Shown here in pieces: positions 39,439 to 51,361 of a stretch of 64,000 nucleotides of DNA. The stretch spans positions 48,174,001 through 48,238,000 of the forward strand of contig OZ024747.1 in NCBI GenBank assembly GCA_964016885.1, written 5' to 3'. Numbering within the stretch: the stretch's first letter is position 1; each line of letters opens with the position of its first letter. The notes beneath the pieces were generated by a model. It had not been told where the DNA came from and made no database searches. It saw nothing but the letters and a program-made list of their open reading frames with translations. Source of the stretch: Eledone cirrhosa (lineage: Eukaryota). The translations under genes were made by a program, and so were the position numbers.

Positions 39439-41512
39439 TTGGATAGTCTGCCCTACAAGCTTTATGGGAACATGCCGGACTTGTTCGGCAACCTCTTGGC
39501 AGATGTCTACTGCAACTGGCAGCAGAACGGGAGCATTCCCAGTTTTGTGAGCCGGAGAGCGGTGGCACTGTTGAGAAAAGACCCGAACAAGGGGGATGTT
39601 ATAGACAACTTCAGGCCCATAACTCTGCTAAATGCAGAGTTCAAGATTTTGGCCTAGGTGTTAGCAAAGAGATTGGCGCTTGTCGTCGGTGAACTGGTGT
39701 GAGAGGCGCAGACATGCGCCATTCCGGACCGGACAAATCCATCCACAACAACCTCCATCTCATGCGATACATCATAGAGAGGGTGGAGTCCTGATCAACT
39801 TTGATCAATCTAAAGCATTTGATAGGGTCGACCATCATACCTGGTTGCGGTCCTCGAGGCGCCGGCTTCGGGCCCGTTATTAGGGGCTGGATCGCTGCGA
39901 TACACAGCGACATCTGCTCGATTATGAGGGTGAATGGTCACTTGTTACAGTCGTTCAGCATCATGCGCTCGGTCCGCCAGGGTTGTCGCCTCTCATCCCT
40001 CTTGTTTGTACTGGTCCTCGAGCCATTACTGCACAAATTGGAGACAATGAGGGGCGGTCCCACATGAACTGGGATGCTCTGTGTCAGCTTACGCCGACGA
40101 CGTTGAGCACCAAACACGTCTAGATGCTAGGCACTGCTCTCAAGGAATACGAAGTGGTGACAGGAGCAAAGATAAACCAGGAAAAGTCGGTGGGCTAGCA
40201 ACTCGGCACCTGGTGAGGCCAGTCCATGCCGTCTGACAGTGTCGTGGGGCACTGACAGAAGGACCGATTAAATTTCTTGGGGTCTGGTTCGGTCCGGACC
40301 TCCAGATGGAGAAAAACTGGAGCGAGGTGACGAGCAGGGTGTCTTCTCTCACCCAGAAATGGGCCGAGAGGAGGCTGTCTCTGAAAGGTCGGGCGGAGGT
40401 GGCGAATGCGTACATCACGTCCGTCATCTGCTACCGCCTGACCATTGTACCTTGCCTCCACACAACTCTGACCGAAATGGAACGCCTTCTTTTCCGCTTT
40501 TGTGGAAGGGACCTGCTCCTATGTTCAGGCGGTCCATCTGCTGTCAGCACCCGTTGTGTGGAGGACTGGGCATGCCGTGGCTGATGATGTGCAAACAGGC
40601 GCTGCGGCTGCGACATCTCTGGTGCTTCCTTTTCCCCAATTCGTCTCCTTGATGGAGCTGCAGTCCTGGATCAGGAAAAGACCGAGGGATAGTGCTTGGA
40701 AGCTGGAATGTCTCCAAGCGCTCACCGCTCTCTACCAGCTGGGCACTGATGTCGGTGGAACATCTACCTCGGCGTTCTATAGAGGGCTAGTGGAGGGGAA
40801 GAGCGACGACGTTCTCGGGGAGACCCTGGGTATCGAAGACAATCAGCTGTTCGCTCTCTTCAAGAAAACTTTGAGCCCAGGGCCTATGGACAACTTCCAG
40901 AAATTCCTGGCCTGGCAGTGCTACCGGGGAGGGTTGCCGGTTCGAGATAAGCGCTACAGGCACGGCGGTCCAAGATGTGCGCAAGATGTCCTTTAAAGAG
41001 GAGGAAGGGCAGGCAGTTTTCATCTGCCTGGTGGCCATGGCAAAAGAGATTGTTTGGTGGACAAGGTTGAAAGGGTTGAAGACGGACACTTTCCTCTCCG
41101 GCCAATCCCTGATTAACTTTTTCAAGTTTTACTTGAAGAGGAAAATCAGGGTGAGGAGGCAAGTGCTGTCTTCTAGTAAGTTTGTTGAAAGGTGGGTGAA
41201 AGTGGCGAGTCTGGTCCGAGTGAACGGGCCCGCTCTGAGTATACGCCTGTAGACTGAGGAGTGGGAAAACTGAGAGAGGGCGCTTGCCCTGGTGGTTAGG
41301 GTGGCTGTGGTCTTTTGTGTGGTTTTCGCCACGAGTGACCCTCGGAGGTTTCCCCCTTTTTGGCGAATCTTTGTTGTTTGAATTTTTTTGATTTCTATCC
41401 TGATTTCTATATTGTTATAACCTGTTTACACGGCCAAAACCCACTTTGTACTGTTCTGTGCCGTCTGTAATGTTTTTCTTCATGTTAGCCCTTGTGGCCA
41501 ATAAAGAAACCA
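39439..41512 (+). mobile_element. Tx1/L1-clade LINE, 5'-truncated and decayed
   Basis: NFRPITLLNAEFKILA, DQSKAFDRVDH, SVRQGCRLS, SAYADDV, KFLGVWF, LSLKGRA, GGLGMP; GC-rich; AATAAA at ~41500. Confidence 0.85.
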
Positions 41513-41517
41513 TTATT

Positions 41518-41560
<43 letters not shown>

Positions 41561-41587
41561 GCCTCCTATCCTTCACTTTATTGTCAG

Positions 41588-41766
41588 GTCTGAAAGCGTC
41601 AGAAAATGACTTAGAACGTTTACGGTGCAATAAATGTCAGTTCCAGGCATATTACCAACAACAGTTCCAGGAACATCTGTCTACAAACCATCCAGAGACA
41701 GTACAGAAATGTAAATGTTGTACATATGTCTCTCTTGATAAAACAGACTTATACAGTCATTTTAAA
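41588..41766 (+). CDS. ZF gene coding exon 9 (C2H2 fingers 1-2)
   Basis: ttgtcag|GT; CNKCQFQAYYQQQFQEHLSTNH and CKCCTYVSLDKTDLYSHFK; donor AAA|GTAAGT; phase 1-0. Confidence 0.92.
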
Positions 41767-42865
41767 GTAAGTACTTCATAAAATTATTCCATTATCCTTG
41801 GGGAAGGGATGGTTGTGGAATCGGTTGGTGGGAACATGAAGAGGGTTCATTGTCACCATCATTATCGTCATCACTGTTTTACATCTATGGTGAATTGGCA
41901 GTATCGGTAGAGGGCCGGACACCATGCTTTGACGCATAGAGTTACGGCCCTTGCCATTCTGAGTTCAAATCTGGCCGAGGTTAACTTTGCCTTTCATCCT
42001 TACAGGGTCGATAAAATAAAGTACCAGTAATGCACTATGGTCGATTTAATCGACTTTCCCCTCCCCAAAAATTGCTGGCCTTGTGCCTACATAAGAAACC
42101 ATTATTACTGGGGGGTCGATAAAATAACATAGAGTTACGGCCCTTGCCATTCTGAGTTTAAATCCCGCCAAGGTTAACTTTGCCTTTCATCCTTACGGGG
42201 GTCGATAAAATAAAGTACCAGTAATGTACTGGTTAATTGCTGGCCTTGTGCCAATAGTAGAAACAATTATATATGTTTGCATGTGTTAGGTGGGTTGTCA
42301 TGTTCTGAGGATAGGCAGTAAGGTCAGAAAACTGTATCTTGCTCCTACATTTCATATTGACATAGTTTCTGCTGCTGGATGCCCTTCCTAATGCCAACCA
42401 CTTTACAGTGTGTACTGGGTTTGTGACTGGGCATCTTTTCTTGTACCAACACTACAACTTTACAGTGTGGGTTGGGTGCGTATTATTGTGACACCGACAT
42501 TACCACATTCCAACACTAGGGTACTTGTATCCTAGGCCAAGCTGGGATGAGTGCAGGGCTTAGGCTGCTTTTTACTAGCCCATGGAGGGAGCAGTGGCCT
42601 TAAGGTGAGTGATGTCTGGTGATATTGTTGGTTGTATGCTGTATCAATACCACTCCACATGATGGAGGTGGGGGGTGGTGATAGTGATAATGATGATGAC
42701 AATGGAGATGATATTTATGAAGGTGATGATGATGATGATGATGATGATAATGATAATGATACTGATGGTGATGGCGTTGATTACGATATTATTGTTGTTG
42801 TGTTAATTTGAGACCTGTGTTTAAAAAGAAATGTGTTGATATTATTGTTATTTTTGTTGTTGCAG

Positions 42866-42994
42866 GAGAACCACCCTCGGTGTCTATGTCATGTATGTGG
42901 CTTCACATCAGAACATGCATATGTGATCAAGCGACATATGATGAGACACAGTGCTGATGGTTGTACTTGTGAGTTGTGTGGAAAGACTTACAAA
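42866..42994 (+). CDS. ZF gene coding exon 10 (fingers 2-4)
   Basis: ttgcag|GAG; ENH completes finger 2; CHVCGFTSEHAYVIKRHMMRH; CELCGKTYK; donor AAA|GTGAGT; phase 0-0. Confidence 0.93.
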
Positions 42995-43413
42995 GTGAGT
43001 TCAGTTCCTTCTCTTATTATATGTTGTCGTGTTTGTAGTTGTTGTTTACTTATAACTGAATCTATGGTGGAACTAGAGAAGAAATTCCAAAGAATGTAGT
43101 TACACAATTTGTCTGCAGACAAATACAAGGGAAAAAATATAAAATAAAATAAAATAAGTAAACAACGGAGGTGTCACACACATAGAGTTATACAAAAATA
43201 CAATGACATACGCAAAACTACAAATAGATGCATGCATGTAAGTGTCCAGTGGAAGTATAAACAGCTTGGAGCATGCAAAAATACAAATGAACGCACGCAG
43301 ATAACCACACACATAAATACATATATATACATACACACGCAACCACATATATATATACATAAAAAAAAAATATATATATATATACACACACATATATATA
43401 CACAGACACATAA

Positions 43414-43452
<39 letters not shown>

Positions 43453-43475
43453 CATATACATACACATATATGCGT

Positions 43476-43549
<74 letters not shown>

Positions 43550-43552
<3 letters not shown>

Positions 43553-44490
43553 AAATATATATAAAGACATATGTGTTAGGTGATTCCGAAGAGAAAGCAA
43601 AGGAAAAAAAACGAGTGCATTAAAAATATATAAATCTATTTTGTTGTTGAAAGAATGTGATTAAGGCAAATGAAAAACGAGTGCTCTATGTATAGAACAG
43701 AGCTCTAAAAATATTTTGTTGTTGAAAGTATGTGATAATGGCTCAGGGTGGGATCCCATATGAAATTGATTGGTCTATTTTAGACCAATCAAAAGAATAT
43801 GCTAAAGGCATAAGAAGGTGTACCTTGTACGTAACAAAAAAATATAGAATTCTACAAAATCTGAAATCTCCCAACACCTGTCTTAACTCTAATTCTGAGA
43901 TATTTAAAATTTGCCCATATATAAGAACTCACCTCCGTTCTCGGTATCAAAATACCATTTTGGACACTTACCCACCTTGAACACTCCCTCCTTTTCAACA
44001 CTTATATATTACACCTTGAACACTCTCTCTTACTTTAAACACTATGGACCTTTATCACACATTCAACACTTATATTAAGCCCTTATTTTATATTACACCT
44101 ATTTTATTCATTTCTTCTTTTCCCTTACTTTTACCTTGAACATTCTCTCTTACTTTACATATTCAACACTTTTTATTTTATACTTATTTTACATTTATAT
44201 TATTCACCTTTTGACTTCATCTTTTCTTGAACATTCTCTCTTATTTTACCACCCTGGGCCTTTATCACATACTTTCAACAACAAAATATTTTTATAGCTC
44301 TGTTCTATACATAGAACACTCGTTTTTCCTATGCCTTAATCACATTCTTTCAACAACAAAATATATTTATATTTTTATATTTATATATTTTTAATGCTCT
44401 GTTTTATACATAGAGCACTCGTTTTTTTCCTTTGCTTTCTCTTCGGAATCACCTAACACATATATCTTTATATATATTTTATGTATATAT
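43550..44490 (+). mobile_element. PLE 3' end (GIY-YIG C-terminus) flanked by inverted repeats
   Basis: ORF 43732-43980 YEIDWSILDQSKEYAKGIRRCTLYVTKKYRIL...CLNSNSEIFKICP matches the Neptune-type W.IL...RC.LC..EK..I...LN...E....C pattern; 43550-43738 is inverted at ~44260-44490. Confidence 0.7.
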
Positions 44491-44590
44491 ATAAATGAAA
44501 TATTTCCGTAGGAAAGGTAAAGGAAAAAAGAGTGCTCTGTGTAGGCTACAGAGCTTTTTAGTTATGAAATAAACAACATAAGATAATTAA

Positions 44591-44654
44591 TTCATTTACC
44601 AGTGGTTTCTTGAAGAGCTTGACACTTATGTCTGTCTTCATTCATCAGAAAAAA
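44591..44654 (-). ncRNA. Hammerhead-like motif, left arm of fold-back
   Basis: Minus strand CTGATGA-a-TGAAGA...TCTTCA-a-GAAACC-act-GGTA^; stem I weak (U-rich). Confidence 0.5.
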
Positions 44655-44685
44655 TTTTTATGAATAAAAATTTCTGAATAAAAAT

Positions 44686-44749
44686 TTTTTTCTGATGAAT
44701 GAAAATGGGCATAAGTGTCAAGCTCTTCAAGAAACCACTGGTAAATGAA
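44686..44749 (+). ncRNA. Hammerhead-like motif, right arm of fold-back
   Basis: CTGATGA-a-TGAA...TTCA-a-GAAACC-act-GGTA^AATGAA; stem I weak. Confidence 0.45.
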
Positions 44750-44780
44750 TTAATAATCTTGTTGTTTATTACATAACTAA

Positions 44781-44820
<40 letters not shown>

Positions 44821-45371
44821 ATGTATGTCTATGTGTATGTATATATGTATATGTATATATATATATGTATGTGTATGTATGAATGTATCTGTATATATAT
44901 GTATATATTTACATATATATGTGTGTGTGTTCACGTATGTATGTTTTTACAGACTAGTGTGTCTATACCATATATACATATATATATGTATATATGCATG
45001 TATATGTATATATATATATATCTATATGTTATATGTGAGTGTGTATATGTACTTGTATATGTCTGTATATGTATTTATATGTGTGTGTGTATCTATATAT
45101 GTGTGCGTATATGTGTATGTCCGTGTACATGTATGTTTGTGTATGTATATACATGTATATACATGTATGTATATATGCATATATATATATTTTCCTTTTA
45201 TCTGAATGTATGTATGTACACATATGTCTTTATATTGCTATATATTTTTATTTTTCATATATTATTTTTCTTACCCTTCTTTTCTTATGTATATTTCCCG
45301 TTATTTTTCCAGTTTCACTTCCAACTTTTAACAGATTTTAAATCTCATTTCATATCTTTTATCTATAACAT

Positions 45372-45438
45372 CTCTGTCTGATGATGGATACAGACGTATA
45401 TTATTTTTGTCTGTGATCCAGAAACCATGGTAATGGAG
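45372..45438 (+). ncRNA. Minimal type-I hammerhead ribozyme motif (sense strand of intron)
   Basis: CTCTGT-CTGATGA-TGGAT.ACAGAC(loop)GTCTGT.g.ATCCA-GAAAC-catg-GTA^ATGGAG; 6-bp stem I (2 GU pairs), 11-bp stem II, palindromic loop 3, GUA site. Confidence 0.8.
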
Positions 45439-45817
45439 TAGTTATATTTTGTGTTGTTCACTTTCTAATTAAATATATATATATATATATAGTAATAATA
45501 ATATAAATTTGAAGACTAAAATCCAAAGAGGGCTTGATAAGGATGAATATATATCAAATATATAAGAACCCTAGAGCAAATATTTATTAAAATAACAGAT
45601 TAAAGTTTAAGCAAAGAATCGCTGCTTTCACCTTTAACGGGATCTTCTGAAACTAACCATATATATATATATATAAAGTCTATCAAACTAGACAAACTGA
45701 GTTTGTGCTAGTATGCCAAAATTTCCCACTCACTCGATGATTTCAGGAGACTTGCATTTCCGAGGTAACCGTCTGTGATTTAGTTATTAGTGGTAAGTTT
45801 GGGACTATAAGCAGGTG

Positions 45818-45884
<67 letters not shown>

Positions 45885-45937
45885 TAAAAGATGAGTTGAG
45901 ATGGAGGGTCTGTGGTTTTTCTCACATATATATATAT

Positions 45938-46560
45938 ATCATCATCATCATCATCATCATCAGGTTTAGCGTCCGTGTTCCACGCTTGCATGGGTTTGGA
46001 CGGGGGTTTTCCCACTTGAGGCAAGAGTGGTTGTCTTGCTCGCATAGGACTGTCTGGCGGGTTTTCTACAGTTGGATGCCCTTCCTAACACCAACCACAT
46101 TTACAGTGTGGGGCTGGGAGGTTTTTACCGTGTTGCCTACACGGCCACATTACAGCGTGGACTGTCTGGCGGGTTTTCTACAGCTGGATGCCCTTCCTAA
46201 CACCAACCACATTTACAGTGTGGAGCTGGGAGGTTTTTACCGTGTTGCCTACACGGCCACATTTACAGCGTGGACTGTGTGTTTTTTGTCGTGACACCTA
46301 CACGATCTCATTTGTTTCGGCCTGGATGTTGTGGGACCAACATAACTTTACATTGAAAGGGGCGGTGTGGGTGGGGTGGAGGGTGGTGGGACGGGGGTGT
46401 GTTTTGATAGAGATGCCTACTGACTGTAGTAGGTTTTTACTTTGTATTTAGGTAAGGCGGGTCTTCTCTATTACTGAGTACCGCCAAAGGTCTCGGTCCA
46501 GTGACATTGTCTTGGAGAGGTGTAAGCGTGTGAGGTCGGAATTTATCAGCTCGTCCCATG
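45938..46560 (-). mobile_element. RTE 3' end/UTR
   Basis: Reverse complement of 16000-16510 type sequence; a second copy at 51536-51825. Confidence 0.8.
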
Positions 46561-46691
46561 TTATACATATATATATAAATAAGAGGAATTCCAAATTTGT
46601 CTGATTTACTCGTTTTATTTACAATCCTTTAAAATTTATAATGGTATTAGATTGAAATAGTATGGTAGAATATTAAATGTTAAACGTTAAT

Positions 46692-46730
46692 TGAACAAGT
46701 ACTTTCATGCTTTCGCAATCTTCAGGTTCA
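46692..46730 (-). ncRNA. Minimal hammerhead motif, left arm of fold-back
   Basis: Minus strand TGAAC-CTGAAGA-t-TGC(GAAA)GCA-t-GAAA-gtac-TT^GTTCA; GNRA loop 2, palindromic AGTACT stem III. Confidence 0.72.
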
Positions 46731-46786
46731 TATTCTGTGGTGACAGTCAAGTTGAAAATTGCAAATTTAACTGTCACCACTGAATA

Positions 46787-46825
46787 TGAACCTGAAGATT
46801 GCAAAAGCATGAAAGTACTTGTTCA
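46787..46825 (+). ncRNA. Minimal hammerhead motif, right arm of fold-back
   Basis: TGAAC-CTGAAGA-t-TGC(aaaa)GCA-t-GAAA-gtac-TT^GTTCA. Confidence 0.7.
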
Positions 46826-47003
46826 ATTAACACTTAACATTGAATATTCTACCATACTATTTCATTCTAATACCATTATAAATTTTAAAGGATTGTAAAT
46901 AAAACGAGTAAATCAGACAAAGTTGGAATTCCTTTTATTAATATAATCTTCTATACACAATCATACACACCCGTGTATATTTATATCTATCTATCTATCT
47001 ATC

Positions 47004-47035
<32 letters not shown>

Positions 47036-47207
47036 CTGACTATCGCACGTAACACTACTAGACCGAGTATCACGAATAATCTATTGTATTCTGATCTTTC
47101 ACAGTCACCTCCTTTCACAGATCTAACGTGAGTTGTCTCCCCTTTGAGAATATCTTCTGCGCATGTCTATTTGTGCAATCGTTTTTCTTTTCCATATCTC
47201 ATTTAAA

Positions 47208-47249
47208 CTGAGCTGATGATCTGTTTGAGGTGAAACAAATTGTTCACGG
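47208..47249 (+). ncRNA. Degenerate hammerhead-like motif
   Basis: CTGAG-CTGATGA-tctgtttgaggt-GAAAC-aaatt-GTT-CACGG; core intact, stems I and II mismatched. Confidence 0.35.
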
Positions 47250-47353
47250 AAAGGATGTATTAACTGTTGTGGAACTACTTCTACCAAATTCGTCCCATGG
47301 ACTGAGTGCTCTTCTGCTGATGATATAACTCACAAGTGTTCTACCACTATATC

Positions 47354-47406
<53 letters not shown>

Positions 47407-47589
47407 CTATGTATATATATATACGTATGTATATATATATATATATATATATAAGTATGTATATATATACGTATGTATATATATATATATATACATATGT
47501 ATGTAAAAGGTAAACAGAAATAACAACACAATTGGTACAGTATATGGAAGGTATATATTAGGCTAACGCTTGATATAGCAGGAAGAGGG

Positions 47590-47625
47590 TCTTAACGTTT
47601 CGGACGCTAGTCCTTCATCCGAAGA
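47590..47625 (-). ncRNA. Penelope-type minimal hammerhead motif (U4>G variant)
   Basis: Minus strand TCTT-CGGATGA-a-GGAC(tagc)GTCC-GAAACGTT-AAGA; palindromic AACGTT in place of stem III. Confidence 0.6.
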
Positions 47626-48450
47626 AAGAATGAGAAATAAAATAGATTGAGGGGACAGGTGGGATGGAATTGGGAAAAAAATGTCTTTAGATAAAAATAA
47701 CAGGTCCATTCATGTTGACATCTTTTGCAAAACTGTTGGTGTTGGCGTTTTGTGTATGATTTATTTTTTAGAAAAGTGGATGATGGAGTGCGTCTACTTG
47801 AAATGGAAAAAAAAACGTTTTGTAAAAAGAGCTATACTTGTGCACGTGCGTAAGCATGTGGGATATACATATACGTATATATATATACATATATATATAT
47901 ATACGTATGTACATATATATATATATATACGTATGAATATATATATACGTATGTATATATATATATACGTATGTACATATATATATATATATACGTATGT
48001 ATATATATATATACGTATGTATATATATGCATATGTATATATATATGTATGTATATATATATATAATTTTTCTAAGCTGTTAACCGATTAGAGTTGTGCA
48101 ATCCATACACCAGTTAGTTAATGGTGATACTAATAGAATATAGCCTCAACAACATGTACCAATCAGTTTGTTTTAGTAGTTCAAGGCAGAGTATACATAC
48201 AGTACAGTAAATAATTCAAAGTTTGAAAGCCATGACAATGCAGGTTTGGACGGAGAATAATTAAATTGTAAGAAACAGGGCTTGTTTTTTTCCCTAAATT
48301 CATTCATATGTCCTGATATTTTGAAATTAATATCTCTTCTTCCGAGGAAAATTAAAGAATTGTTCTCTGTCCGCAGTTTCATGGTCTTTTAACTTCGAAT
48401 TCTTTATAGCATATACAATGCTTCAAGTAAACTACAAATTCCTTCAGTAC

Positions 48451-48590
48451 GGAGGTGGTGAGAGCAGACCTCAGATTGCTGAATCTCATGGAGGAGATGA
48501 CAAAGGACCGTGACAAGTGGAGAGATGCTGTGCTGAATAGGACCCGTCTCACCCTTGCAAGCAGGGAAAAGCAGGCGTAAAATGATGATG

Positions 48591-48667
<77 letters not shown>

Positions 48668-49111
48668 TATATACAGCCAATGTGTGTATACATACACACA
48701 CATTATATATGAATATATACATACAGTACAGTACAGTAAATATTAGTAAAGACCATATGAAGTTGTGCATCAATTTATTTAAGCTACTGTACATATTTGG
48801 TAGGGGTCAATGATTAGGTGGTGTGATTTCGATTTGGTGAGGGCCTGAGTTCATCAGATAGTAATATATACCAGCGCCTCAAATTGATAAAATTTAGAAG
48901 CTGCTTATTTTTATCTCTTATTACTATCTGATGAACTCAGGCCGTCACCTAATGGAAATCACACCACCTAATCATTGACCCCTGCCAAATATGTATAGTA
49001 GCTTAAATAAATTGATGAACAGCTTCATATGGCCTTTACTAATATTTACTGTACTGTACTGTATGTATATATTCATATATAATGTGTGTGTATGTATACA
49101 CACATTGGCTG

Positions 49112-49150
<39 letters not shown>

Positions 49151-49294
49151 GTATCATCATCATTTTACGCCTGCTTTTCCCTGCTTGCAAGGGTGAGACG
49201 GGTCCTATTCAGCACAGCATCTCTCCACTTGTCACGGTCCTTTGTCATCTCCTCCATGAGATTCAGCAATCTGAGGTCTGCTCTTACCACCTCC
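48451..49294. repeat. Large inverted duplication (~375-415-bp arms)
   Basis: 48451-48866 mirrors 48920-49294, including an RTE 3' end and (TA)n. Confidence 0.85.
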
Positions 49295-49545
49295 GCCCAT
49301 GTTTTTCGTAGTCTTCCTCTACTGCGTATTCCTTCTTCTGGGATTTCTTTGCACTTCTTTACCCAGCGGTCATGTGCATCACATGTCCATACCATAGCAG
49401 ACTTCTCTCACGCACACTACAACTTATCCCTCTTATACACAGTTTCTCTCTCAACTCATTTATGCTTGGCACATCCAACGGAGCGTGCTTGCTTCATTTC
49501 TCATATATATGTATATATATACGTATATATATATGTGTATATATA

Positions 49546-49576
<31 letters not shown>

Positions 49577-49578
49577 GT

Positions 49579-49619
<41 letters not shown>

Positions 49620-49623
<4 letters not shown>

Positions 49624-51325
49624 TCGATCCGACAGAGGGACCAGCTATTGAGATTGACAAAAGGCAATTAAGAAAATGAAAAAATGGTAAGGCTGCTGGA
49701 CCGTCGGGGATAGTTGCTGAGATGCTGAAGGCATCAGGGAACGTAGGCACTAAACTGGTTACATGCATCATCAATCAGGCTATATATGGTGGTGTCATAC
49801 CCAAAGACTGGTGCAGCAGTATTCTCATAAATTGCTACAAAGGTAAAGGGGATGCTCTGGAGAGGAGCAATTATAGGGGCATGAAACTGATGGATCAGGT
49901 TATGAAAGCGGCAGAAAGGATATTAGCACAACTAATTAGAGAAAGGGTCAAACTAGATGAGATGCAGTTTGGTTTTGTGCCTGGGAAAAGTACAACAGAT
50001 GCCCTCTTCTTGGTGAGACAATTACAAGAGAGGTTCTTAGAGAAGAATAAGCCACTATAGTTAGCCTTTGTTGACCTAGAGAAGGCCTTTGATAGGGTAC
50101 CCCGATCTGTCATCTGGTGGTCTGTAAGGAAAGTAGGTGTTGAGGAATTGCTTGTGAGGACAGTGTAAAATTTGTACAGAGGTACTGTCATCAGTAAAGT
50201 CAGGGTAGGAATTGAGTTTAGTGAGGAACTCCAGATACTAGTAGGAGTACATCAGGGTTCGGTCCTCAGCCCGCTCTTGCTCATTAACAGAGGAGTTTAA
50301 GACTGGCTGTCCATGGGAACTTCTCTATGCTGACGATCTGGTTCTTATAGCAGAATCAGTAGAGGAGCTAGAGAATAAATTCTGGCTATGGAAACAGCAG
50401 TTGGAATCAAGAGGACTGAGAGTGAATCTAGCTAAGACAAAAGTGTTGATGAGTAGAAAAGAGGACAGAACTTTGATTCTGTCAGGGAAATGGCCATGTT
50501 CGATATGCAGAGAAGGAACTGGCATAAATTCTATAAAATGCACACAATGCAGATCTTGGGTACACAAGAGATGTAGTGGGATAGCAGGCAAACTAACAGG
50601 TAGGGAGAAATACTTATGCAGTAGATGTACAGGGAAATTTGACAGTAGAAGTCGCATTGATAGACACATTTTTCAAATGCAGGTGGGTGCTATAGAAGTG
50701 GTTGATAGTTTCCGGTACCTAGGAGATCAGATTAACATGGGAGGGGGGTGTTCCGAAGCCACAATATCTAGAATAAGGACGGGTTGGAAGAAGTTTAGGG
50801 AGCTGCTTCCTCTGCTGATGGAGAAGGGTTTCTCCCTGCGTACGAAAGGCCGGTTATATGATGCCTGTGTGAGGTGCGCGATGCTGCTTCATAGTGAGAC
50901 ATGGGTAGCAACTGCAGAGGATATGCGATGGCTGGAGAGAAATGAGGCAAGCATGCTCTGTTTGATGTGCAATGTCAATGTGCGTGAACGGCCGAGCCTG
51001 GATGTGTTGAGAGAGAAGCTGTGTTTGAGAGGGATAGGTTGTAGTGTACGGGAGAGGAGACTGCGATGGTATAGACATGTGATACGCATGGGGGATGACC
51101 GATGGGTGAAGAAGTGCCAAGAAATGCCAGTTCAAGGAAGACGTAGTAGAGGAAGACCACAAAAAACATCATGAGCAGAGGTGGTGAGAGCAGACCTCAG
51201 ATCGCTGTGGCTCATGGTGGAGATGACAAAGGACCGTGACAAGTGGAGAGATGCTGTGCTGAATAGGACCCGTCCCACCCTTGCAAGCAGGGAAACGCGG
51301 ACGTAAAATGATGATGATGATGATC
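49620..51325 (+). mobile_element. RTE LINE, 5'-truncated, RT to 3' end
   Basis: KAAGPSGI, NYRGMKLMD, DLEKAFDRVP, LYADDL, GWKKFREL, RLRWYRHV; tail CCCACCCTTGCAAGCAGGGAAACGCGGACGTAAA(ATG)n. Confidence 0.9.
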
Positions 51326-51327
51326 AT

Positions 51328-51361
<34 letters not shown>

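Larger units (their letters stand above)
44560..44780. repeat. Fold-back with ~95-bp arms
   Basis: 44560-44658 is the imperfect reverse complement of 44681-44779. Confidence 0.85.
46578..46940. repeat. Fold-back with ~170-bp arms
   Basis: 46578-46747 is the imperfect reverse complement of 46769-46940; a hammerhead in each arm; (TA)n-rich flanks. Confidence 0.9.

Noticed and set aside
48920-48970. CTGATGA...GAAAT in both arms of the 48.4-49.3 kb inversion as a hammerhead
   Set aside because: Core words are present, but no stem II, III or I pairing can be drawn
43100-49679. Many IYIY/CVCV/HTHT ORFs
   Set aside because: Translations of (TA)n, (TG)n and (CA)n microsatellites
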